Assembly (NCBI GenBank): GCA_963707945.1
Contig: CAVPRM010000002.1
Span: 1,212,340-1,276,339, forward strand
Origin: an uncultured delta proteobacterium
GTDB lineage: Bacteria; Myxococcota_A; UBA9160; SZUA-336
Direction: 5' to 3'
Length of the DNA stretch: 64,000 bases
In this document: piece after piece, positions 48,543 to 56,722 of the stretch
Layout: the number at the start of each line of letters is the position of its first letter
Numbering within the stretch: the first letter of the stretch is position 1
Made by a program: the position numbers and the translations under genes
Notes under the pieces: model-generated
Told to the model about the DNA's origin: nothing
Databases searched by the model: none
The model's input: the letters and a program-made list of their open reading frames with translations, nothing else

Positions 48543-50021
48543 GTGAGGATCTCCCGGATCGCGCTCGCCCTCCTCCTTTCTCTGTTCGCCCAGACCGCCG
48601 CCGCGCAAGACCAGACCTTCACCAGCCTGGGCGGCCCCTGGTGGTTCACGCTGGGCGGCAAGGACAAAGGCGCGGTCGTGCTTCAGTTCACCGCGCCCGA
48701 GAGCGGGACCTTCGCGGTCACCGACGTGGAGCTCACCGATCACCCGAGCTTCGGCTTCTCGCGCGCGATCGGGGATTTCTTCCAGATCGAGGCGGACCAG
48801 GAGTTGTCGCTCGACTCGAAGCGCAGCATTTCGGGCGACCTCGAGCTGACCGAGCCCGACGGCGGTCCCGTGATCAGCGTCCTGTCGATCGCGAAGGGCA
48901 AGGTGAACAAGACGTTCACGAAGCTGAGCTTGAAGGGAACGATCGAGGGCGAGGACGGGCCAGTCGTGGTCAAGCTCAAGGGCGTGCGACCGCCCCAGGG
49001 CTTCCCCGTGCTCACGGGCGGCACCACGGAGGGAGGTCTCAAGGGCAAGGCCGTGAAGAGCACGGCGCTCGATCTCACCCTGACGGGCGACGAGGTGCTC
49101 GGCGTGCCCGCTTACGCGTTCAGCGCCGTGGGTCCGGCCGAGATCGACAAGGAGGAGGTCCCCGACGTGTCGCTCGACGGCCGCGTCATGCTGCTGCCGA
49201 GCTTCAAGGTGTTCGGGGTGATGGACGACTCCTCCGACTTCGGAGACGGCGCTGCGAAAGGCAAGCTCCACATCTCCGATCCCAACACCGCGATCCCTAA
49301 GTTCGCCGTCAACATCGCGGCGGAGCCGAAGCTGAAGCTGAAGGGAACGCTCACGGAGGCGGTCGAGCCGATCCTGCTGGTCGCCCCGACGAGCTTCGAC
49401 TTCGGCGCGCTCCGGCTCGACGCGAGCGCCGAGCACACCTTCACGGTCCAGAACGTCGGCACCGGATCGCTCTCGGGATCCGCAACTTCCTTGTCCGGCT
49501 CGAGCACCGACTTCGCGCTGTCGGGCGCAACGGCGTACGACGGCCTCGCGAACGGCGACGATCCCTTCGAGGTCGACGTCACGTTCGATCCGTCCTCGGC
49601 CGGCGCGAAGACCGCGCAGCTGCGCTTCGGCGTCGCCGGCGGCGCCGGCTCGTTCGTGGTTCAGCTCACCGGCACCGGTGGCGTCTCCGAGCTCACGGTC
49701 GACCCCGACCCGATCACTTTCGACGACGCGACGCCCGCTGGCGCGGCGCAGTTCATCGACGTCACCCTGACGAACGACGGCGACGCGACCCTCACCGGCC
49801 AGGCGTCGATCGGCGTGTCGACGGTGTTCGCGCTCATGAACGGCCCCGTGGTCGCGGGCCTCCCGATCGGCCTGAACATCGCTCCCGGTGCGAACCAGGT
49901 GCTCACGGTGCGCTTCACTCCGCCGGCCACGGTGGGGAACTCGAACGCGACGCTGACGCTCACGGGCCCGACTGCGGGCAACAAGACGGTGGCGATCTCC
50001 GGAGCCGTGGTCTCCCCTTAA
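48543..50021 (+). CDS. secreted protein, paralog 1: novel N-terminal domain plus two choice-of-anchor-D/ASH-like Ig-fold domains
   Basis: Signal peptide RISRIALALLLSLFAQTAAAQ and N-terminal QTFTSLGGPWWFTLGGKDKGA. The C-terminal modules LLVAPTSFDFGALRLDASAEHTFTVQNVGTGSLSG and LTVDPDPITFDDATPAGAAQFIDVTLTNDGDATLTG are typical of choice-of-anchor D. Confidence 0.8.
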   Translation: MRISRIALALLLSLFAQTAAAQDQTFTSLGGPWWFTLGGKDKGAVVLQFTAPESGTFAVTDVELTDHPSFGFSRAIGDFFQIEADQELSLDSKRSISGDLELTEPDGGPVISVLSIAKGKVNKTFTKLSLKGTIEGEDGPVVVKLKGVRPPQGFPVLTGGTTEGGLKGKAVKSTALDLTLTGDEVLGVPAYAFSAVGPAEIDKEEVPDVSLDGRVMLLPSFKVFGVMDDSSDFGDGAAKGKLHISDPNTAIPKFAVNIAAEPKLKLKGTLTEAVEPILLVAPTSFDFGALRLDASAEHTFTVQNVGTGSLSGSATSLSGSSTDFALSGATAYDGLANGDDPFEVDVTFDPSSAGAKTAQLRFGVAGGAGSFVVQLTGTGGVSELTVDPDPITFDDATPAGAAQFIDVTLTNDGDATLTGQASIGVSTVFALMNGPVVAGLPIGLNIAPGANQVLTVRFTPPATVGNSNATLTLTGPTAGNKTVAISGAVVSP

Positions 50022-50125
50022 GCGGTCGTCGCGAGCGGGAGCTGCTGTCGCGCACTGACTTCTGGAGTCGTTCGCACTGACTCGACTCCGTTGACGGTAC
50101 TTGGCCGCGCGGTAAAACACGCGCA

Positions 50126-51728
50126 ATGCGTATCCATCGAATCGCGCTCGCGGTGGCCGTGTTCACGTTGCTCGCCCAGGTCGCCGCCGCGCAGCAGACC
50201 TTCACCAGCGTGGGCGGGCCGTGGTGGTTCAAGCTATCGGGCAAGGACAAGGGCGCGCTGTTCGTCGAGCTCAGCGAGCCGAATGCCGGCACGCTGACCG
50301 TCGTGGACGTCGCGCTCAGCGACCGCCCGAGCTTCGGCTTCTCGCGCTCGCTGGCGGCGTTCTTCCAGCTCGCCGCGGGTCAGGCGCTGTCGATCGACGA
50401 GAAGGGCAACCTCACCGGCGTGCTCGAGCTCAGCGAAGCGGGCGGCACCGATCCGGTCGGCATGCTCACGATCGACAAGGGCAAGTCCAACAAGAAGTTC
50501 ACCAAGCTCGAGCCTGCACGCGACGATCGAAGGCGTGGGCGGAGCGCCGCTCGTGGTGAAGCTCACGGGCGTGCGGCCGCCGGCCGGCTTCCCCGTGCTG
50601 ACGGGTCACACGAGCGAGGCGAGCGTCAAGGGCAAGGGCGTGAAGTCGAGCCAGCTCGATCTCGCCGTGACGAGCGACGGCAATCTCGGCTTCCCCGCCT
50701 ACACCTGGACCGGCGCGGGCATGGTCGACATCGACAAGGTCCCCGTGGACGCGAACTTCGCCGGCCACCTCATGCTCGATCCGAAGTTCAAGGCGCAGGG
50801 GCTGCTCGAGAGCTCGTCAGACCTCGGGACGGGCCCGCTCAGCGGGAAGCTCGTCGCGAGTGGCAAGACCGCGACCGTTCCGAAGCTCTCGCTCACCGCC
50901 GAGGCCGACCGCAAGCTCGGAATCAAGGCCAAGCTCAGCGACCCGACCGAGCCGATCCTCCTGGTCACTCCGCTCAGCTGGAACTTCGGCGCGATCCACC
51001 TGGACGGCATGCCCATCAAGTTTTTCCAGGTCTCGAACGTGGGCGTCGGGACGCTGTCCGGAACCGTCTCGTTCCTGGCCGGCAGCGATCCCGACTTCAA
51101 GCTGCCCGGAGCGACCACGTACGGTCCGCTCGCGCCGGGCGATCCGCCCGTCAACATCGCGGTCATGTTCGACCCGAACGTGCCGGGTGACAAATCCGCG
51201 TCGCTGCGCTTCGGCGTCGACACCTTCGTCGGCGCGAAGGTCGTGGCACTGACGGGCGTGGCCGGCCTGGCCGACATCGATGTCGACACGGACCCGATCA
51301 GCTTCGACGACACGGCCGTCGGATCGTCGCAAATGCTGGTCGTGACCGTGTCGAACGGCGGCGACGCCACCCTCACCGGCAGGGCGACGCTGACCGGCTC
51401 GAGCGCCTTCGCGCTGCTCACGCCGCCGAACACGCTCCCGGTGAGCCAGATCTCCTATTCGCTCGCGCCCGGCGCCGAAAAGGAGATCACCATCCGCTTC
51501 ATGCCGACCGCGACGGCCGACTTCACCGGCACGCTGAACCTCACCGGCGGCGGCGGCCTGATCGGTGGCGATGGACGGGACGGGGATCTGAGCGCTCAGC
51601 GCCCTCGCTCCGGCCTGCCCAGCGCCCGCCTCCGCTCGCCCTTGTACGCGTTCGCGCGGCGGCCCATCTCGTTGCCGTCGGCGGGGAAGAAGAACTCGAA
51701 GGCGCTGTCGATCGGACCGCCGTCGTAG
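50126..51728 (+). pseudogene. secreted protein, paralog 2 of 48543-50021; frameshift near 50510, 3' end uncertain
   Basis: MRIHRIALAVAVFTLLAQVAAAQQTFTSVGGPWWFKLSGKDKGA... is colinear with paralog 1. Deleting the g at 50510 restores TKLSLHATIEG, which aligns with TKLSLKGTIEG. The last ~45 codons overlap the antisense of the convergent gene and have no counterpart in paralog 1. Confidence 0.75.
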
Positions 51729-52310
51729 TTCCGGAAGTGCGTCTTGCGCACGGCGAACTCGACGCAGCGAGATCGCGCCGAACACGAGCCAGACGATCCA
51801 GCCCGTGTAGGCGCGCCACCAGGCGGGCGGCGCGAACAGCGCGAGCGCGGCGATGCCGAGCGCGTTCAGCAGGAACACGACCGCCCACAGCGCGGTCACG
51901 CCGCGGCAGTACCGGCCGATGAAGCCGGGCGCGTTGGGCTCGAGGCGCAGCGCGGCGCGCTCGACCAGGCTCTGCTCGGCCCGGAGGCTGGCGGCGAAGA
52001 TCCGCGCGAGCGCGGCGTACAACCAGGCCGGGATCAGGAGCAGGAACACGTGCTCGGCCGTCAGAGCGGCTGCGAGCGGCAGGCCGACGAACCCGGCCGT
52101 GTCGAGCGGACCCAGCGACAGGTCGCGCGGCAGCGCGCCGCGCGCCGCGAAGATCGAGAGCGCCGTCAGCGCGAGAAACGCGACCGCGAGCGCGCGCACA
52201 CCGAACTGCGTCACCAGACCGCCTTCGACGAACGGCCAGAGCAGCGTGAGCAGCGCGAAGGCGACGCCCACGACGAGCGCGCCGCGCCCCGGTCGCTCCA
52301 GCTCAGCCAA
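51596..52310 (-). pseudogene. polytopic membrane protein co-transcribed with the halogenase; frameshift near 51764
   Basis: ATG 52310 overlaps the halogenase stop by 8 nt. It has 5-6 hydrophobic helices up to ...WIVWLVFGAISL, then VEFAVRKTHFRNYDGGPIDSAFEFFFPADGNEMGRRANAYKGE...* in another frame (stop 51596). Confidence 0.6.
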
Positions 52311-53871
52311 GGGACTTGGCGGAAAGGAGCGCGCTGAGCGACAGCGTCTCCTCCGGATCGACCGCCGTGTCGGGCCCCAGCAGCTGCAGCGCGCGCCGGC
52401 GCACGTCGTTGAAGATGTCCTCGGTCTTCTCGAGCACCTCGCGTCGCGGGCGCGGCAGGCCGACCTGCTTCAGGAAGTCGAGGTGGTCGAGACCGGGTGT
52501 GAAGTTTCCCTGGTTCGCGCGGTAGAACTCGCCGCGCTTGCGCAGCGACTCGGCGACCCGACGGAACAGCGCGTTGAAGTTCCCGAGCGCCGAGAGGATC
52601 AGCGGCGCCATCCGCAGCTGGCGGCGCAGCCAGCGCGGATCGAGGTGCTCGTCGCGCAGGTACGGCGAGACCCACAAGTTGAAGTAGCAGCCGATGTCGA
52701 AGTCCCACTTCAGCTTGCCGAGCTCGAAGCTGCCGAAGCTCTCGTACTGGTTGCGGTACAGGAGCAAGGTCGCTTCCTGGCGGAACGCCATGAACCGGTC
52801 GTAGAGGTCGCAGCGCTCCGCAATCGCGGCCGCGCTCTCGCCCGCGAAGTCGCGCACGATCAGCTCGGTCAGGAAGTCGTTCTCGTGCGCGATGAAGTCC
52901 GTGCCCGGGCTGTAGAGCGGATCGGCCGAGGTCGCCGCTTCGCCGGTCAGCCCCCAGCGGTCGGGCGAGAAGTAGCGCTCCGTCGAGTACGCGATCTGCG
53001 TGTAGCTGCCCTGGTCGAGCGGCTTGGCGTCGCGCAGCAGGTGCGCCATCGCGGCGTGGCCGTCGAGAAACCGGCGGAATCCCTCCGGCGTGCGCAGCGC
53101 ACGCTCGTCGAATCCCGTCGGCCCCGTGACACCCACGCTCGTGATGCCGTCGTGCAGCGGGATGAACCACGCCCAGTAGCCCGGGTAGAAGAAATGGATC
53201 GTCGAGAGGAACCGGCTCGAGTGGCGCACGCGCGCGCGCCACGCGGCGGGGCCGAGATCGTCGACGTCGGCCACGCCCTCGAAGCGGCCCCACACCGAGC
53301 CGATCCGGTGCGTCTCCTCGCGCTGGCGCAGGCCGAGCGTGCGCGCGATCAGATCGGCTCGGCCTGCGGCGTCGACCAGCCAGCGCGTCGAGTGCTGCAC
53401 GGCGCCGTTCGGGCCGACGACCTCGAAGCGGTGCGGCGCGCCGCCGGTCCCGATCTCGAGTGGCCGCGCGCGCACCCCGGTCTCGACCTGAACTCCCGCG
53501 CGCCGGTTCATCTCGAGCAGGTCCGCCTCGAGCCGCGCGCGGTCGATCTGGAACGACGGGTGGTAGGGCAGATTGATGGGGCCGATCTCGCTCATCTCCC
53601 AGAGCGGAAGCGAGCGGTCGGCCGAGTCGTAGAAGTAGCGCAGCCCGTTCTTCGGCAGGTGCCGGTCGTAGAGATAGCGCGACAGGCCCTGGCGCTTGAT
53701 CAGGTAGTGGCTGCCGATCTCGACGACCGACTCGCCCACCTTCCAGCTCGACTCGCGCGACTTCTCGTAGAGGCCGATGCGCAGGCCGGGCGCGCTGCGC
53801 GTGAGCTGTCGCGCGAGCAGGTTGCCTGCGAGCCCGCCGCCGAGGATGGCGACGTCGAGGTCCGGGCTCAC
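52303..53871 (-). CDS. flavin-dependent halogenase-like FAD oxidoreductase
   Basis: GxGxxG (DVAILGGGLAGNLLA), SWKVGES, and the halogenase-type WxWxIP motif (GYWAWFIPL); 522 aa. The start overlaps the KR stop (ATGA). Confidence 0.75.
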   Translation of the reverse strand: MSPDLDVAILGGGLAGNLLARQLTRSAPGLRIGLYEKSRESSWKVGESVVEIGSHYLIKRQGLSRYLYDRHLPKNGLRYFYDSADRSLPLWEMSEIGPINLPYHPSFQIDRARLEADLLEMNRRAGVQVETGVRARPLEIGTGGAPHRFEVVGPNGAVQHSTRWLVDAAGRADLIARTLGLRQREETHRIGSVWGRFEGVADVDDLGPAAWRARVRHSSRFLSTIHFFYPGYWAWFIPLHDGITSVGVTGPTGFDERALRTPEGFRRFLDGHAAMAHLLRDAKPLDQGSYTQIAYSTERYFSPDRWGLTGEAATSADPLYSPGTDFIAHENDFLTELIVRDFAGESAAAIAERCDLYDRFMAFRQEATLLLYRNQYESFGSFELGKLKWDFDIGCYFNLWVSPYLRDEHLDPRWLRRQLRMAPLILSALGNFNALFRRVAESLRKRGEFYRANQGNFTPGLDHLDFLKQVGLPRPRREVLEKTEDIFNDVRRRALQLLGPDTAVDPEETLSLSALLSAKSLG

Positions 53872-54605
53872 AGCATGCCTCCGTTCACCGAGATCACCTG
53901 GCCGGTCAGGTAGCCGGCCCCTTCGGAGAACAAGTACACCACGAGCGACGCAATCTCATCGGGCCGGCCCAGACGCTGCAGCGGGACGAGCTTGCGCAGC
54001 TCCTCGACCGGCGCGCCGGCGAGCATCTCGGTCTCGACCAGGCCCGGCGCGACGCAGTTCACGGTGATCGCGCGGCGCGCGAGCTCGAGCGAGAGCGCCT
54101 TGGTCGCCCCGTGCAGACCCGCCTTCGAGGCGCTGTAGTTCACCTGCCCCCGGTTGCCGACCAGCCCCGCGATCGACGAGATCGCGACGATCCGGCCGCC
54201 GTCGTGCATGCGCACGAGGGGCATGACCAGCGGGCGGAGCACGTTGTAGAAGCCGTCGAGGTTGGTGCGCAGCACGCGGTCCCACGCCTCGCCGGTGAGC
54301 GCGGGGAAGGCGGCGTCGGCATGGACACCTGCAGCGAGCACCACGCCCCAGTACGGCCCGGCCTCGGCGACGTCGCGCTCGAGCGCGGCGGCGGCGGCCG
54401 CGCGGTCGGCCACGTCGAAGCCGAGCAGGCGCGCGTCGCGGCCGAGCTCGCGGGCCTCCTTGGCGACCGACTCGGCGGCGGCGGCGTCCGCGCGATAGCC
54501 CACGCCGACGTCGAAGCCCGCGCGCGCGAGCCCGAGCGCGCAGGCGCGGCCGATGCCGCGGCTCGCGCCGGTGACCAGAACCCGCCGCGTCTCGGGCGAG
54601 CTCAT
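53868..54605 (-). CDS. fabG: SDR 3-oxoacyl-ACP reductase (KR of the polyene cluster)
   Basis: VLVTGASRGIGRA, NYSASKAG (YxxxK) and NCVAPGLVET; 245 aa. ATGA overlaps at both ends. Confidence 0.9.
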   Translation of the reverse strand: MSSPETRRVLVTGASRGIGRACALGLARAGFDVGVGYRADAAAAESVAKEARELGRDARLLGFDVADRAAAAAALERDVAEAGPYWGVVLAAGVHADAAFPALTGEAWDRVLRTNLDGFYNVLRPLVMPLVRMHDGGRIVAISSIAGLVGNRGQVNYSASKAGLHGATKALSLELARRAITVNCVAPGLVETEMLAGAPVEELRKLVPLQRLGRPDEIASLVVYLFSEGAGYLTGQVISVNGGML

Positions 54606-55024
54606 GCCAGCGCGTCCGACACGTAGACCGACAAGGTGCCCTCTGCGACGAGCTCGTCGCCCGCGCGCAGCTCGCATGCGAACGAGGCGAGCGCGCCCGC
54701 GCGGCCCAGGAGCCGCGCGGAGACCTCGAGCGATTCGTCCGCCGCGAGCCACTCGCGGTGCAGGCCCAGCTGCTTCGCCCCGACCAGGAGCCCGGGAGAC
54801 GGCGCTCTGCCCAGCGCGCGCGCCAAAAGCCCGCCGTGCGCGGCGATGCACTGCGCCATGTACTCCAGCCCGACGTACGCGGGCACCCGCCCGTCGGCCG
54901 CCCGGAAGAGCTCCGAGTCCGCGACCAGGACCGAGCACACGGTGCGCTCGGGCGAGTGCGACAGCACGCGGCGAACCAAGAGCATCGGACGCGCGTGGGG
55001 AAGCAGCTCGGCCGCCGCGGTCAT
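54602..55024 (-). CDS. hotdog-fold 3-hydroxyacyl-ACP dehydratase (ApeP-like)
   Basis: 140 aa. LLPHARPMLLVRRVL...VPAYVGLEYMAQCIAAHGG is typical of the small APE-cluster dehydratases. The ATG lies inside ORF 54602-55912. Confidence 0.75.
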   Translation of the reverse strand: MTAAAELLPHARPMLLVRRVLSHSPERTVCSVLVADSELFRAADGRVPAYVGLEYMAQCIAAHGGLLARALGRAPSPGLLVGAKQLGLHREWLAADESLEVSARLLGRAGALASFACELRAGDELVAEGTLSVYVSDALA

Positions 55025-55991
55025 TCCGGCTTCTCGCCCAGCGCGCGCAGGCCGTCGCCGTAGAAGTCGTAGAAGTTGAACCATTGCCTGGGATTGCGCA
55101 GCGCGTAGTGCTCGAGTCGCCGCACCCAGGCTTCGAGCGTCTCGCGCGCGACCTTGTCGCGCTCGGCGCGCGGCACGGGGCCGCCCTCGAAGAGCGGCTC
55201 GGTCACCGCGAAGTACCGAAGGTGGCCGGTGCCGATGCAGAGCGAGATGTACACCGGGGCACCGAGCACGGCCCCGAGCAGGAACGGCGTCAGCGGGAAC
55301 GCGGCGCGCCGCCCCGCGAACTGCGTCGCGGCGGGCCGCTCGCGGCCGCCGGGATGGACGCGGTCCGCGAGGATGCCGACGAACTCGCCGCGGTCGAGAC
55401 ACGCCTTGATCTCGAACGCGCTCTGCACGGACGTGGGGTCGGCCGCGATCACGCGCACCCGACTGCCGCCGCCGAGCGAGTCGAACAGTGCGTTCACCCG
55501 CTCCGCGTGGTTGGTGAACATGAGCACGTTCACGCGCAGGCCGTACTTGCCGGCGATCAGGCGCAGCATGTCGAAGCTGCCCAGGTGCGCGCCGACCAGA
55601 AGCGCCCCGCGACCCTGCCGCGCCAGCTCGAGCAACGCCTCGCCGCCCGAGTGGTCGATCTGGAACATCGAGCCGGCGCCCGCCCACAGGATCATCCGGT
55701 CCATCACGCTGCAGGCGAACCCATAGACGTGCCGGTACACCATGAGCCAGCCCGGCTTCTGGCCGAGCGCGGCGCGGCCTTCGGGAGTCGCCCAAACGGT
55801 TTCGAGCCACTCGCGCGACGAGCCGCGCGTCACCCCGTCGCGCACGATGAAGTAGAGCGAGATCGGCACCAGCAACGAGCGCCAGGCCCGTTCGCCCGAA
55901 GTTCCGGTACATCCAGATCCCGAAGCGCGAGCCAGCCGCGGTTCCCGCGCTCGTCCTTGCGCGCCCACTCGCCGCCGCGCGGGGCGCTCAC
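55021..55991 (-). pseudogene. LpxL/HtrB-type (lipid A biosynthesis-like) acyltransferase, probably two close frameshifts near 55920 and 55891
   Basis: GTG 55991 overlaps the GT2 stop (GTGA) and encodes ...EWARKDERGNRGWLALR. The next frame gives IWMYRNFGR, and the third gives AWRSLLVPISLYFIVRDGVTRGSSREWL...GAHLGSFDMLR...ILADR. The middle segment is short, so the exact indel positions are uncertain. Confidence 0.7.
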
Positions 55992-56722
55992 GGCGCGCTC
56001 CGGCCCGCGAGCAGCGCCGGCGCGCGGCGCAGCATCGCGAGCCACAGCCGCGCGTAGGTCGCGCCCATCACGGGGAAGTCGCGGCCGACGTCGAAGTGCG
56101 AGATGCCGCCGGGCACGTAGATGACCCGCACCGGCACGTTCACGATCGGGATGCCCTCGAAGACGCAGCGCACCGCGAACTCCGGCTCGAACTCCATGCG
56201 GGTGCCGAGCTTGCCCCGCGCCAGCACGCGCAGCGCCGGGCCCAGCGGCACCCCGCGCATGCCGCAGAGCGGGTCGCGGATCGCGAACGAGAGCGTCGCC
56301 AGCCACACCGCGCCGCGCGAGAGCTGGCGCGCCCAGATCCGCGAACGCGGCGCGGTCGCGTCGAAGACCGGCTCGCCGAGGACGAGCGCGTCGGGATCTT
56401 TCTGCATCGCCTCGAGCATGCGCGGCACCGCTTCGGCTTCGTGCTGACCGTCGGCGTCGAGCTGAAGCGCGTGCGTGAAGCCGAGCTCGGCGGCGAGCGC
56501 GTAGCCGGCCTTGAGTGCCGCGCCCTTCCCGCCGTTCTCGGGCAGCGCGTGGAGGTGCACGAAGTCGAAATCGCGCGCGAGCCGCGCCAGCTCGGCGCGG
56601 GTCTCGGATCCGCTCCCGTCGTCCACGACCAGACACGGAAGAGCGTAGCCCGCGAGCGATTCGAGCACGCCGCGCAGCGGAGCGCCGTGGTCGTAGCAAG
56701 GGATCAAGAGGCAGGGCTTCAC
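55988..56722 (-). CDS. glycosyltransferase family 2
   Basis: LLIPCYDHG, VVDDGSGSET, ENGGKGAALKAG and QLDADGQH (DxD region); 244 aa. Confidence 0.88.
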   Translation of the reverse strand: MKPCLLIPCYDHGAPLRGVLESLAGYALPCLVVDDGSGSETRAELARLARDFDFVHLHALPENGGKGAALKAGYALAAELGFTHALQLDADGQHEAEAVPRMLEAMQKDPDALVLGEPVFDATAPRSRIWARQLSRGAVWLATLSFAIRDPLCGMRGVPLGPALRVLARGKLGTRMEFEPEFAVRCVFEGIPIVNVPVRVIYVPGGISHFDVGRDFPVMGATYARLWLAMLRRAPALLAGRSAP

